Positions 17,357-28,100 of a stretch of DNA of 64,000 bases are shown one piece after another. The notes beneath the pieces were generated by a model. It was not told where the DNA came from. It ran no database searches and saw only the letters and a program-made list of their open reading frames with translations. Numbering within the stretch: position 1 is the first letter of the stretch; each line of letters starts with the position of its first letter. Origin of the DNA: Oscillospiraceae bacterium (GTDB taxonomy: Bacteria > Bacillota > Clostridia > Oscillospirales > Oscillospiraceae); NCBI GenBank assembly GCA_017509485.1, contig JAFWPP010000032.1, forward strand, positions 55,961 through 119,960, given 5' to 3'. The position numbers were made by a program, and so were the translations under genes.

Positions 17357-19204
17357 TTACACCTCAAAGCACCCGAATCCCCCCGGATGCACCACGAAGC
17401 CGCCGCCGTCCCGGTAGCTGTTCTGGGACAGCAGACTGTGCCGGGCCGTCAGCCGGAAGGGACCGCCCGTGCGGTTGACGCAGCAGAGGACCGTCTGGTT
17501 CCCGCTTTGCCGCAGGAAGGCGATCTTCCCCTCCCCCGCCGCGGTGACCCGGACGGAGCCGGTCCGCAGGGCCTGGGTATTGTTTTTGAGCTGACCCAGA
17601 GCCCGGTAGAACTCCACAAAGCGCCGGTCCTCGCGGCCCCAGGGATAGCAGCCCCGGTTGAAGGGATCCCGGCAGCCCTCCATGCCCGCCTCGTCGCCGT
17701 AGTAGACGCAGGGGCAGCCTGGCAGGGTGTACTGCAGGAAGGCGGCCAGCTGCAGCCGCTCAAAGGCAAACTCCCGCTGCTCCCAGCTGAGCCGGACCTG
17801 GGACTGGTATTCCCGGTCCCCATTGAAATCTCCGATCAGGGTAGTCAGGATCCGGGGCGTGTCGTGGGTGCTCAAAGGATTCATCAGGGCTTGAAGCACC
17901 TGGGGCGGGTAGTTTTCCGCGATGGTCATAATGGTCTCTCCCAGGGCCGTGCCGTCGTCCTGGCTCCGCAGGAAGGCGATGATGGCCGAGCGCCAGGGAT
18001 AGTTCATGACACTGTCCAGCTCGCCGTCAATGAAGTAGCGGCGGCGGACGGAATAGGCGGACTTATTGGAGGCGTCCTCCCAGACCTCGCCCAGGAGAAG
18101 GGCGTCGGGCTTCAGCTGCCGCAGCCGGCCCTTGAAGCGGCGGATGAACTCGTCGGGGAGCTCGTCGGCCACGTCCAGCCGGAAGCCGTCGGCGCCCAGG
18201 GCCAGCCAATGGGCAATGACAGAATCCTCATCCCGGATGATATAATCCAGATAGGCTTCGTCCAGCTCGTTGACATTGGGCAGGGTCGCAAAGCCCCACC
18301 AGCTCTCGTACTTGTCCGGGAAGCGGTGGAAGGTATACCAGCTGTAGTAGGGAGAGTCCTTGCCCCGGGAGATCGCGCCGTTGCCGAAGACGCCGTTCCG
18401 GTCGAAATAAACGGAATTGGAGCCGGTGTGGGAATAGACGCCGTCCAGGATCACCTTCATGTCCAGCCGGTGCGCGGCCCGGCAGAGCGCGCTGAAATCC
18501 GCCTCAGTCCCCAGCATGGGGTCTGGGCGCTTGTAGTCCGCGGTGTCGTAGCGGTGGTTGGAAAAGGCCATAGAGATGGGGTTGAGATAGATCACGCCCA
18601 CGCCCAGGCTGTGCAGATAGGGCAGCCGGGACTGGATGCCCCGGAAATTGCCCCCGAAGAAGTCGTTGCAGAGGATCTCCCCGGTGGCGGGGTCCGGCCG
18701 GAACTCCGGCAGGCCGCCCCAGTCCTCCCGCAGAATGTAGGGCTGCAGCTTGTCCCGCAGCTCCACGCTTCCCTCCCGGGCAAAGCGGTCCGGGAAGATC
18801 TGATACATGACCCGGCCCTGGAAATCCGCAGGCACGGTGAAATCCGCCGGCACTGCGCTGAGCTGCCAGCGGTCCCCTTCTTCCATGTTGGTCTCCCGCC
18901 CCTGCTTGAACAGGCGGAACACGCCATCCCTGCCGGTGATGCGGAACCAATAGAAGTACAGGCCCTTGGCGTCCAGGGAAAACTCGCACTTGAACACGTC
19001 GTAGTCTCCGTCGCCCCCGGCCCAGGTGAAGAACAGCTCCAGCGGAGGATCATCCCCCTCCCGCTCCAGCACCAGCTGCACGAAGCGGGCCTCCACGTCT
19101 CTGGGGATTTTGACCCGGATGGTGCAGGCCTGTCCCACAGTCAGAACGCCGAAGGGCTGCTTATATTCTGTGTCTCTGCTGTCGTATAAAATACGCATAA
19201 GCAC
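17357..19204 (-). CDS. GH13 alpha-amylase family enzyme (neopullulanase/maltogenic-amylase-like with an N-terminal beta-sandwich)
   Basis: GH13 conserved regions DGVYSHTG, GFRLDVADE, LLGEVWED and LSTHDTPR. The ORF is 615 aa. Confidence 0.92.
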   Translation of the reverse strand: MLMRILYDSRDTEYKQPFGVLTVGQACTIRVKIPRDVEARFVQLVLEREGDDPPLELFFTWAGGDGDYDVFKCEFSLDAKGLYFYWFRITGRDGVFRLFKQGRETNMEEGDRWQLSAVPADFTVPADFQGRVMYQIFPDRFAREGSVELRDKLQPYILREDWGGLPEFRPDPATGEILCNDFFGGNFRGIQSRLPYLHSLGVGVIYLNPISMAFSNHRYDTADYKRPDPMLGTEADFSALCRAAHRLDMKVILDGVYSHTGSNSVYFDRNGVFGNGAISRGKDSPYYSWYTFHRFPDKYESWWGFATLPNVNELDEAYLDYIIRDEDSVIAHWLALGADGFRLDVADELPDEFIRRFKGRLRQLKPDALLLGEVWEDASNKSAYSVRRRYFIDGELDSVMNYPWRSAIIAFLRSQDDGTALGETIMTIAENYPPQVLQALMNPLSTHDTPRILTTLIGDFNGDREYQSQVRLSWEQREFAFERLQLAAFLQYTLPGCPCVYYGDEAGMEGCRDPFNRGCYPWGREDRRFVEFYRALGQLKNNTQALRTGSVRVTAAGEGKIAFLRQSGNQTVLCCVNRTGGPFRLTARHSLLSQNSYRDGGGFVVHPGGFGCFEV

Positions 19205-19215
19205 TCCTTGGGAAA

Positions 19216-19244
19216 GCAGGGGCGAACGCGAGGTTCGCCCCTGC
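19216..19244 (-). terminator. Terminator/attenuator hairpin between glgP and the GH13 gene
   Basis: Minus strand: GCAGGGGCGAAC-ctcgc-GTTCGCCCCTGC followed by TTTCCC, then the GH13 RBS AAGGAG. Confidence 0.6.
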
Positions 19245-19252
19245 GGAATGAA

Positions 19253-21649
19253 TCAAAGATTCCAGATGTTCTTGGCGTACTCAGTGACGGACCGGTCGGC
19301 GGAGAAGATGCCGGACTTGGCGATGTTCACCAGACTCATGCGGTTGAAGCCGAGCTTATCGGCATAGGCCTTGTCCGCATCCCGCTGGGCGCGGGCGTAG
19401 TCGTTGAAGTCCGCCAGGGTCATATAGGCGTCGGCCACACCGAAGCGGTTGGTGGTCAGGCTGGCCACGATGTCGTCGAAGCGCTGGCCCAGCACGCCGG
19501 AAGTGAGCATATCCAGCACGCGCCTCAGGTCCGGGGTGATATAGGACTTCGGATCATAGCCGCGGCGCCAGAGCTCCTCGACCTCAGGGGTCTTCATGCC
19601 GAAGAGGAACATATTCTCGTCGCCCACCTGCTCGTGGATCTCCACGTTGGCGCCGTCCAGGGTGCCGATGGTGACTGCGCCGTTGATCATGAACTTCATG
19701 TTGCCGGTGCCGGAGGCCTCCTTGCCCGCGATGGAAATCTGCTCGGAGAGCTCGGCGGCCGGGATGATGATCTCCGCCAGGGACACACGGTAGTCCTCGA
19801 TGAAGATGACCTTCAGCTTATCCCGCACGTCGGGATCGCTGTTGACCAGGTTGGAAACCGCCACGATCAGGCTGATGATCTGCTTGGCGCGGATATAGCC
19901 GGCGCTGGCCTTGGCGCCGAAGATATAGGTCTTGGGCTGCCAGGGCGCGGTGGGGTTGTCCTTGATCTGGTTGTAGCGGTAGAGAATGTGCAGAACGTTG
20001 AGCATCTGCCGCTTGTACTCGTGCAGACGCTTGACCTGGACGTCGAACATGGAGTCCGGGTTCACGTTGACGCCGTTGGCAAAGGCGATATACTTGGCCA
20101 GGCGGACCTTGTTATCCCGCTTGATGGCGGCCAGACGCTCCATGACGGTCTTGTCGTCGGCGAAGCGCAGCAGGTCCTCCAGGGCATTGGCGTCCTTCAG
20201 GAAGCCGTCGCCGATGAGCTCCCGCAGCATCGCAGTGAGCTTGGGATTGGACTGGCAGAGCCAGCGGCGGTAGGCGATGCCGTTGGTGACGTTCAGGAAG
20301 CGCTGGGGCTCGTACTCGTAGTAGTCGTGGAAGATGGTTTCCTTGAGAATCTCGGTGTGCAGGGCGCTGACGCCGTTGATCTTGTGGCAGCAGGCCAGGC
20401 AGAGATTGTGCATCCGGACCTCGTTGTTGGCGATGACCGCCATCCAGTTCAGCTTGCCCTCGTCGTTGCCGTAGAAGGCCCGCAGCTTCTCCATCAGGCG
20501 GCGGTTGATCTCGGCGGTGATGGCGTAGATCCGGGGCAGCTGCTCCTTGTAGAGCTCCACGCTCCAGCGCTCCAGGGCCTCGCTCATAACGGTGTGGTTG
20601 GTGTAGCTGAGGGTGCGGGTGGCGATGTCCCAGGCGTCGTCCCACTCGAAGTCATACTCGTCCATCAGCAGCCGCATGAGCTCGGGGACACAGAGGGCGG
20701 GATGGGTGTCGTTGATGTGGATGGCCACCTTGTCGGGCAGGTTGCGCAGGGTGCCGTACTTCTTCTTGTGGGAACGCAGGATGGTCTGCAGGGAGGCGGA
20801 GCAGAGCAGATACTGCTGCCGCAGGCGCAGCCGCTTGCCCTGAATGTGGTCGTCGGCGGGATAGAGCACCTTGGAGATGGTCTCCGCCATGGTGTTCTGC
20901 TCCAGGGCCCGGACATAGTCGCCCCGGGAGAAGGCCGCCATGTCGAAGCTCTGGGGGAGCTTGGCGGACCAGAGCACCAGCTTATTCACCGCGTCGGTAT
21001 GGTAGCCGGAGATATAGAGGTTGTAGGGCACGGCCATGACGGTGGAATACCCGTGCTGGGCCACCTTGAACTTGCCGTTGTCATACCACTCGTGGACCTC
21101 GCCGCCGAAGCGGACCTCCACGGCGTCGTCTTCCTTGGGGACCAGCCACACGTCGCCCATCTGGAGCCAGTTGTCGGGCAGCTCCATCTGCCAGCCGTCT
21201 ACGATCTGCTGCTTGAAGATGCCGAACTCATACCGGATGGAATAGCCCGTAGCGGGATAGCCCAGGCCGGTGAGGGAGTCCAGATAGCAGGAGGCCAGGC
21301 GGCCCAGGCCGCCGTTGCCAAGACCCGCGTCGGGATCCAGGGCATACAGATCCTTGATATTGATGTTCAGGTCCTTGAGGGCGTCGGTGAAGACTTCCTC
21401 CATGCCCAGATTAAAAAGGTTGTTGCGCAGGCTGGTGCCTACCAGGAATTCCATGGACATATAGTAAACCTGCTTGCGCTGCTCTTCCTGATAGCCCCGC
21501 TTGAAGGCGCGGCGGCGGTCGTACATGCCGTTGCGGATCACGGTGCACAGGGCCTTATATGCCTGCTTGTCGGTGGCCTCGGCCATGTTGCAGCCGAACA
21601 GCCGCATACAGGCTTGATTCAGAAGATCAATGGCTTCTGTTTTTGTCAT
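19253..21649 (-). CDS. glgP: Glycogen/maltodextrin phosphorylase
   Basis: PLP-lysine block EASGTGNMKFMINGA and full-length phosphorylase similarity. Start set at ATG 21649 (MTKTEAIDLL), preceded by GGAGGAAACG. Confidence 0.95.
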   Translation of the reverse strand: MTKTEAIDLLNQACMRLFGCNMAEATDKQAYKALCTVIRNGMYDRRRAFKRGYQEEQRKQVYYMSMEFLVGTSLRNNLFNLGMEEVFTDALKDLNINIKDLYALDPDAGLGNGGLGRLASCYLDSLTGLGYPATGYSIRYEFGIFKQQIVDGWQMELPDNWLQMGDVWLVPKEDDAVEVRFGGEVHEWYDNGKFKVAQHGYSTVMAVPYNLYISGYHTDAVNKLVLWSAKLPQSFDMAAFSRGDYVRALEQNTMAETISKVLYPADDHIQGKRLRLRQQYLLCSASLQTILRSHKKKYGTLRNLPDKVAIHINDTHPALCVPELMRLLMDEYDFEWDDAWDIATRTLSYTNHTVMSEALERWSVELYKEQLPRIYAITAEINRRLMEKLRAFYGNDEGKLNWMAVIANNEVRMHNLCLACCHKINGVSALHTEILKETIFHDYYEYEPQRFLNVTNGIAYRRWLCQSNPKLTAMLRELIGDGFLKDANALEDLLRFADDKTVMERLAAIKRDNKVRLAKYIAFANGVNVNPDSMFDVQVKRLHEYKRQMLNVLHILYRYNQIKDNPTAPWQPKTYIFGAKASAGYIRAKQIISLIVAVSNLVNSDPDVRDKLKVIFIEDYRVSLAEIIIPAAELSEQISIAGKEASGTGNMKFMINGAVTIGTLDGANVEIHEQVGDENMFLFGMKTPEVEELWRRGYDPKSYITPDLRRVLDMLTSGVLGQRFDDIVASLTTNRFGVADAYMTLADFNDYARAQRDADKAYADKLGFNRMSLVNIAKSGIFSADRSVTEYAKNIWNL

Positions 21650-21674
21650 AAACGTTTCCTCCGTTATTGGGTTC

Positions 21675-22580
21675 TTATTTCTCGTAGGCGATGACCACCC
21701 GCCGGTTGGGTTCGGTGCCGGTGGAGTAGGTGGTGACGTTGGGCACATCCTGCAGCGTGGCATGGATCACATGGCGCTCGTAGGCGTTCATGGGCTCCAG
21801 CGTCATGTTCTTGCGGTACTTGACCACCTTGGCGGCCATCTTCCGGGCCAGGTGACGCAGGGACTCCTCCCGCTTGCCGCGGTAGTTCTCGGCGTCCACG
21901 GTAACACGGGTGCGCTTGGAGGAATCGTGGTTGAGCGCGTAGTTCGCCAGGTGCTGGATGGCGTCCAGGGTCTCACCCCGGCGGCCGATCAGAGCGCCCA
22001 GGTCCTCGCCCACCAGCTCCACGCCGATGGTCTCCGCGTCCTTGCGGAAGGCATGGGGCACAGCGTCGGATTCCATCCGCTCCAGCAGGCCCTTGAGGAA
22101 GCGCTCCACCCGCTCCTCCTGGGAGCCGGGCTCGGCGGGGGCATAGGTCTTCTCCGCCTTTGGCGCGGCCTTGGGCGCATCCTTGCGGGGAGCCTGTTTC
22201 CTGGGCTGCTCGGGCTTTTCGGGCTTCTCGGCTTTCTCAAGCTTTTCCAGCTTGGGGGCTTCCTTGCGGGGCTCCGCCTTGGGCGGCGCGGGCATCACGG
22301 GGGGCTTGGGCATCTCCAGGGGCTTCTCCAGCTTGGGGGCCTGCTTCTTGGGCTTGCGGGAAGCAGCGGAGAGAGCGGGGGCGGGTTCCGCGGGCTTGGG
22401 GTCCGGGACCTCATAGCTCACCTTGACCTTGGCGGGACTGGCGCCGATGCCCAAAAAACCGGACTTGGCGTTTTCCAGGACCTCCACGGAGACCGCGTCG
22501 CGGTCCAGGCTCAGCTCAGCCAAAGCGGTCTGGATGGCCAGATCGATGCTCTTGCCGGTGGTAATGATGTATTTCTCCAT
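21675..22580 (-). CDS. jag: Jag/KhpB RNA-binding protein (Jag_N, KH, R3H) with a long Pro/Lys-rich linker
   Basis: N-terminus MEKYIITTGKSIDLAIQTALAELS..., C-terminal KH/R3H region (LEPMNAYERHVIH). It sits directly downstream of yidC. Confidence 0.9.
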   Translation of the reverse strand: MEKYIITTGKSIDLAIQTALAELSLDRDAVSVEVLENAKSGFLGIGASPAKVKVSYEVPDPKPAEPAPALSAASRKPKKQAPKLEKPLEMPKPPVMPAPPKAEPRKEAPKLEKLEKAEKPEKPEQPRKQAPRKDAPKAAPKAEKTYAPAEPGSQEERVERFLKGLLERMESDAVPHAFRKDAETIGVELVGEDLGALIGRRGETLDAIQHLANYALNHDSSKRTRVTVDAENYRGKREESLRHLARKMAAKVVKYRKNMTLEPMNAYERHVIHATLQDVPNVTTYSTGTEPNRRVVIAYEK

Positions 22581-22582
22581 AC

Positions 22583-23989
22583 TTACTCCTTGTTGTTCTT
22601 GTACCGGTTGGGATCAAAGTTTCTGCCGCGGCGGTAAGGACGCTCGCCCTCCAGCTTCGCAGCCTGGGCCTCCAACTCGGCCTCGTGCTCTTCCTGTGTG
22701 ACTTGCGAGGCGAGATACGCGGCTTCCTTGGCGGCCTGCTCGTTCTTCTCGCGCTGCTGCAGCTTCTTCTTGCTGGCGCTGCCCACCATGCCGTCGGGAT
22801 TCTCAGCCCGGCGCTGGGCGCGCTGACGCTCCCGTTCCGCCTCAATGGCGGCCTCTTCAGCGGCTTTCTGCTGCTTGATCGCGTCCTCGGCGTCATAGGC
22901 CTTCTTATAATGCTTGGTCAGGAAAATGTCCTGGATCGTGCTGGTGACAGCCTGGATGCCCCAGTAGAGGGACAAGCCGGCGGGGGCAATGAAGCCGATG
23001 TACACGGAGAACAACGGCATCATGAAGGTCATGGCCTTGTTGTTCATGCTGGACTTCTTGGCCATTTCGGCGTCCTGTTCGCCCTTTTCGTTGACGATGA
23101 CCTTGCTGTTCATCTTCTGGCTGATCCACATGCTGAGCATGTTGACGCCGCCGGAAAGCAGGGGCAGGAGGAACTGACCGATGGAGTTCCAGACGCCGTG
23201 CATGTCGAAATACTTCCAGAACATCAGGTTGGGCACCGTGGCCAGCTCCACGCCCGCAAAACGGGTGTTCATGGCCTCGATGGCCGGGGAAATGGCGGCC
23301 AGCTCCGACTTGACCGTGTCAATGAAGGGCAAGGCCTCCATCTGCCAGTAGAAGCCGGTGGCGTTGAGATTGGCCAGAGCGGAGTTGGGATCCGTCAGGA
23401 ACGCGTTGTTCCTGGCGTTGATGAACACGTTCTGGATCTCTCCCACAGTCCTGGCGTTCACGTTGCCGTGGAACATCAGCCAGGTAATGGGTTCGCGGAT
23501 GATGTAGTACAGGGGGATCAGCAGGAGCATGGGCAGCAGAGACCAGAGGCAGCCGCCGCAGCCGCCGGCGCCTTCCTCTTTATAGAGCTGGCTGACGGCC
23601 TGCTGGTAGCTCTGCTTGTCGTCGCCGTATTTTTCCTCCAGGGCCTTGACTCTGGGGGTGAGGCGGGACATCTTCATCATGCTCTTCTTGCTCATGGCGG
23701 AGGTGGGGAAGAGGATGATCTTGACGATGATGGAGAAGAGGATCAGCGCCCAGCCGTAGCTGTGGGTCAGATCGTAGAGAAAGCGCAGCAGATAGGAGAA
23801 GGGCAGCTTGATGTAGTCGAATACGCCCAGCTTGACCTCCTCGGAAAGGGCAGCGGTCTCCACCAGCTTCAGGGTTCCATCCTCGTTGGCGGCCTGGGTC
23901 GTGTTGCCCATGCAGCCGGTAAAGACCAGCAGGAACATCACCAGGACCAATCCCAGGCAGAGATAGCGGGAAATGTGTTGTTTTTTCAT
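22583..23989 (-). CDS. yidC: Membrane protein insertase YidC/Oxa1 family (lipoprotein type) with a basic C-terminal tail
   Basis: Start at ATG 23989 (MKKQHISRYLCLGLVLVMFLLVFTGC lipobox). YidC core (LILFSIIVKIILFP, PAGLSLYW). Position is after yidD/rnpA. Confidence 0.92.
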   Translation of the reverse strand: MKKQHISRYLCLGLVLVMFLLVFTGCMGNTTQAANEDGTLKLVETAALSEEVKLGVFDYIKLPFSYLLRFLYDLTHSYGWALILFSIIVKIILFPTSAMSKKSMMKMSRLTPRVKALEEKYGDDKQSYQQAVSQLYKEEGAGGCGGCLWSLLPMLLLIPLYYIIREPITWLMFHGNVNARTVGEIQNVFINARNNAFLTDPNSALANLNATGFYWQMEALPFIDTVKSELAAISPAIEAMNTRFAGVELATVPNLMFWKYFDMHGVWNSIGQFLLPLLSGGVNMLSMWISQKMNSKVIVNEKGEQDAEMAKKSSMNNKAMTFMMPLFSVYIGFIAPAGLSLYWGIQAVTSTIQDIFLTKHYKKAYDAEDAIKQQKAAEEAAIEAERERQRAQRRAENPDGMVGSASKKKLQQREKNEQAAKEAAYLASQVTQEEHEAELEAQAAKLEGERPYRRGRNFDPNRYKNNKE

Positions 23990-24077
23990 TGTGTGTTCTC
24001 CAATACACAAGTGGATTTTGACCGATTTGCTCGGCCGCGATGGGTTGTCTCGCTTGTTGGAGCGCTTGCGTGCCGGA

Positions 24078-24290
24078 TCACGGCACAGGATCGTAGTAGT
24101 CCCTTTTGGAAAACGGTTGGCAGCGGCAGATCCGTCTGGCAGCCAGGGCGCCGCCCTTGAGGGCGCCGTACTTGCCGATGGCCTGGACCGCGTATTCGCT
24201 GCAGGTGGGCTCAAAACGGCAGCGGCGGGGAAAGGCGGGGGAGATATGGCGCTGATAGAAGCGGATCAAAGCCAAAAACAGCTTTTTCAT
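24078..24290 (-). CDS. yidD: Membrane protein insertion efficiency factor YidD
   Basis: 70-aa product [38 protein letters not shown]... It overlaps the rnpA stop by 4 nt (ATGA). Confidence 0.9.
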   Translation of the reverse strand: MKKLFLALIRFYQRHISPAFPRRCRFEPTCSEYAVQAIGKYGALKGGALAARRICRCQPFSKRDYYDPVP

Positions 24291-24670
24291 GCCCGATCCT
24301 CCTCCTTTAACAAATGGAGTTTCCTGCATTGCCGCAAAAAGCTCCTGCCCATTTCGTTGAAATCCCCGTCGATGGCGGCGGTCCGGGCCACGATCACGAT
24401 GTCGCATCCGGGCTTCAGAGCGCTCTCGTGCAGGCGGTAGCTCTCCCGGATGCGGCGGCGGGCCCGGTTGCGGTCCACCGCGCGGCCCAGCTTGACCCCG
24501 GTGGTAATGCCCAAGCGGTTGACGCTCAGGCCATTGCGTCTGGCATAGACAACGACAAAACGGCCAACGGCGCTTTCGCCCTTGGCGTAGAGCCTGCGGA
24601 ATATGTGGTTTTGCTTCAGCGGAACGGTAAATTCCACGGAAAACATCTCCTGTTGCAGCACGTGGCGCAC
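24287..24670 (-). CDS. rnpA: Ribonuclease P protein component
   Basis: Basic protein with [18 protein letters not shown] (RNR-motif region). It lies downstream of rpmH. The start is uncertain (GTG 24670 or ATG 24646). Confidence 0.9.
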   Translation of the reverse strand: MRHVLQQEMFSVEFTVPLKQNHIFRRLYAKGESAVGRFVVVYARRNGLSVNRLGITTGVKLGRAVDRNRARRRIRESYRLHESALKPGCDIVIVARTAAIDGDFNEMGRSFLRQCRKLHLLKEEDRA

Positions 24671-24830
24671 CCTGTGCGCCGCTACAGTTGCCTGAACGCA
24701 AAGAGTCGCGGGCTATGCCTGTTTTCGGCCGCCTGATGATAAAGTTTCGGGGCGAACAGATTGACCATCCGTTCACCCCGAATCTTTCAAAGGCAATTCA
24801 ACGGACTGCCTGAACCGTTTTCCGATCTGT

Positions 24831-24965
24831 TTAGGCGGAAAGGACAGCTCTGCCCTTGGCGCGGCGGCGGGCCAGGACCTTCCGGCCGTTGGCGGTAGCC
24901 ATTCTCTTTCTGAAGCCGTGGACTTTGGATCTGTGACGCTTTCTGGGCTGATAGGTACGCAGCAT
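24831..24965 (-). CDS. rpmH: 50S ribosomal protein L34
   Basis: [44 protein letters not shown], preceded by AGGAGGTG. Confidence 0.95.
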   Translation of the reverse strand: MLRTYQPRKRHRSKVHGFRKRMATANGRKVLARRRAKGRAVLSA

Positions 24966-25057
24966 GTGGTTACACCTCCTATGGTAGAATATGCTCAACA
25001 GCTGTGAAACAGCCGCAGCGAGTGAAATCAAGAGCCTTTTTGACTCATACGGCATAT

Positions 25058-25087
25058 ATTATAGCCTGAACAGGGGGGAAATGTCAA
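25058..25087 (-). promoter_or_regulatory. Putative sigma-A promoter of rpmH
   Basis: Minus strand: TTGACA, 18 nt, TATAAT, about 90 nt upstream of rpmH. Confidence 0.55.
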
Positions 25088-25146
25088 GAATTATTTTTTC
25101 CTTCCGCCGCCCGGGGGAAAAACCGGGCGGCGGCACGCTCCCGTTC

Positions 25147-28100
25147 TCAAACGGAACCGGGGTCATCCTCCTCTTCCCGCAGCAGCTGCTCCAGCCGCTC
25201 CAGATGCTTGAGGGCGTCGAAGCTGGAGCCGCGGCCTTCCTCGCCGGCGCGGGAGAGGGTGGTGGGGTCGAAGACCCCCGTGGTGGTCAGCGGCTCCCGG
25301 GCGGCGGTCTCCCCGACCGGCTCCGGCCGGGGCGCGGACTCCCGGAGCGTCTGCTCCGGCGGCCGGACGGGCTCCGGGACAGGCGGCCGGTCAGGCGCCT
25401 CTCCCTGCTGGGCGGCGGACTTGCCCGTATCCCAGGATTGGGTCAGATCCATCCGGGGCATGGTGGTGAAGGCGTCCGGGGGCGGCATGGGCTCGGCGGC
25501 GGGCGGCGCATCCGGATCCGGCTCGTCGACGCCCCGGCGGGGATCCGCCAGCTTCACGGGGAGCTTGACGATGGGGGGCCGGGAGAAGCGGGTCAGCAGA
25601 GCCACGATCAGGAAGGCCAGAAAGCCCGCCAGGGAAATCACGCTGATTTTCAGCCCCAGGGCAAAGCCCGGAGCTTCATAGTCCAGGGCGATGGCGTGCA
25701 GGCCAGGCTCCAGATGGACGGCGATCATGGCGTCGCCCAGGGGGGTGATCCGGCGGGCCTCCCCGTCCACGGTGAGTCTCCAGCCCTCGTCGGCGGGAAT
25801 GGAGAGGTAGAGCAGGCTTGGCTCATGGACGCGGACGGCGCCCTCCACGTGGGTGTCGGTGACCTCGGTGGGGATCATGGAGCCCTCGCTCAGCTGCCCA
25901 TAGGCCTGATCGAAGAGACCGGTGCGGAAGAGGGCGGCGCCCAGGGTGACGCTGCCGGTGGTGTCGCTCTTTTTGGCGCGGTAGCGCAGGCTGATCTTGT
26001 CTCCCACGGAAAAGGCGCCCATGCAGCGGTTGTAGCCGTAGCTGTCGGACCAGGTGTACTGCCGCTCCCCGTTGAGGAAGAAGGTCACGTCGCTGGTTCC
26101 GGAGCCCTTGGAATACACGCAGAGGGTCCCGTCGGCGGGCATGACGAAGCTGGCCTCCACATAGTTGTCGTCGTTGCAGACACCCTTGACCTGGAAGCCG
26201 GTGGAGCTCTTGCCGCTGAGCTCCGCGGTGCCCACGGCCTTTACGTCGGAGATTTTTACGTTGCTGTAGAGGGGCTCTTCGATGCCGGTCATCTCCCGGA
26301 ACAGGCGGTTGAGCCGGTCAAAGGGAATGCCGGAATTCTGGGACGCGTCGTATTCCAGCGCGTTGTCGTTCACCAGGAAGCCCAGGCTCAGATAGGCCTT
26401 GTTCTCCAGCAGCAGCACCTCGCCCTTCCGGGCCACCTGGCGGAAGTAGAGGGTGTCCAGATTCCGCCCGTTGCGGTCGATCAGATATTTGACGCCCAGC
26501 AGCAGATTGGTGAAGGGATCCGCCTCCTGGTAGACGTAGCGATTGCCCGCCACGGAGGCCGCCATGCCGATGCTCTGCAGGAAGGCGGAGACCCGGCTGT
26601 TGGCGGCGGAGGAGAAGACGGAAACACCGTTGTAGCCCAGCAGGGTCCCGTCGTTGAGGGTCTGCTTCATGGCCACCTCGGCCCGCCAGAGATCCACAGT
26701 CTCGCTCTCCCGCTGCTGCATGATCTCCACGATCTCCTTGCTGTTCTCCTTTTTGGTGGGATAGTAGGAGGAGTCGGTGAAGCCGATCTTATTGACGCCC
26801 AGGGCCATACAGCCCAGGGACTCGCAGAGCATGCAGAAGCAGAGGCTCAGCACCAGCAGCTCCTTACGGATGACGCGGAAGGCGTAGAGCAGCAGCACCG
26901 CCAGCGCCAGCAGCGCAACGGCGGTGGTCGTCAGAACCACCAGCTTTTCCCCGGAATGGATGACGCAGTAGAGCAGCAGCGTGACGGGAACGATCAGCGC
27001 CAAGGCCCGCCATTTGGGCAGATGATCCAGCTCCGTATAGGCCCGGAATGCCATAAAGATCACCGTAAAGGACCAGAGGAAGCTGAAGCGGTAGGGCAGC
27101 ATATTGGGGAAGTGCAGGCCGTGCCAGAGATAATCGAGGGTACGGAAGAGAAAGCTGTTGGCAAAGAACAGCAGCAACAGCACAGTAAAGATCCGCTCCC
27201 GCCGGGGTATGCGCTTACAGAACAGATAGCAGGTCGCCAGGATCAGGGTAAAAAAGCCGCAGAAGATGTTGGGCAGGCCCTCCATGGTGGTGGGCTTGGT
27301 CAGGGTCCCGGCGTTGGAAAGCACGTCCCGGATGCCCTGCAGCGGGACGCGGAAGGAGGAGAAGAAGGCGCCGACGTAGCCCAGACGGAGGCTCAGCAGG
27401 GCCTCATGGGCGCCGATCCAGCTGGGATAGGTCACAGACTCTCCGGTGAATTCCGGCACCTGCTTGCCGAAGAAGGCGTACAGATCCGCCACCTTGCCCT
27501 TGGCGATCAGCTCGATGCCGGCCTGGTGGGTCATCTCCGGGATTTTGACGATGTTCATCGCGTAGGCGTTGGGAAATTTGTTGACGGCGGAGGAGGTGGC
27601 CTGCAGGCCCAGATAGGCGGGAACCGTCAAAAACGCCGTCATCCCCAGCGCCACCAGCGTAAAGACGGCAATCCGCCAGAAGCGGGTCCAGAGCCCCGCC
27701 AGATCATCCCAGTTGACGACGTGCCAGCCGAGGAACAGCAGCAGCACGAAAATACAGACAAACAGGCCGATGTAATAGCTGCAGTAAACCGACATCGCCA
27801 GGCTCACCACATAGAGCACATAGCGGCGTTCCCGCATCAGCTCAAAGGTCCCCAGCGTCACCAGGGGCAGCAGAGCCACGGTGTCCAGCCAGATGGCGTT
27901 CCAGTAGTAGCCCATCAAAAAGGCGCAGAAGGCGTAGGCCGTGGAAAACACCGCCACAGCAAGCTCCTCCCGCCCGAAGGTCTTCCGCAGGAAGTGGGCG
28001 CAAAACAGCCCCGCCAGGCCCAGTCGAACCAAAACCATCAGATTGTACCAGGGCATCACAAGGCCCTCCGGCAGCAGGACCGCCGGGAGGTTCAGCGGGC

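Noticed and set aside
16540-17478. 312-aa plus-strand ORF and other Arg/Pro-rich ORFs overlapping the zinc-finger gene.
   Set aside because: They lie antisense or out of frame to an ORF with six exact Cys4 repeat motifs. Their composition is typical of GC-rich off-frame translation.
24966-25146. oriC/DnaA-box cluster next to rpmH.
   Set aside because: By eye I found no TTATCCACA-like boxes, no AT-rich unwinding element and no dnaA gene. The region contains only a promoter and a GC hairpin.
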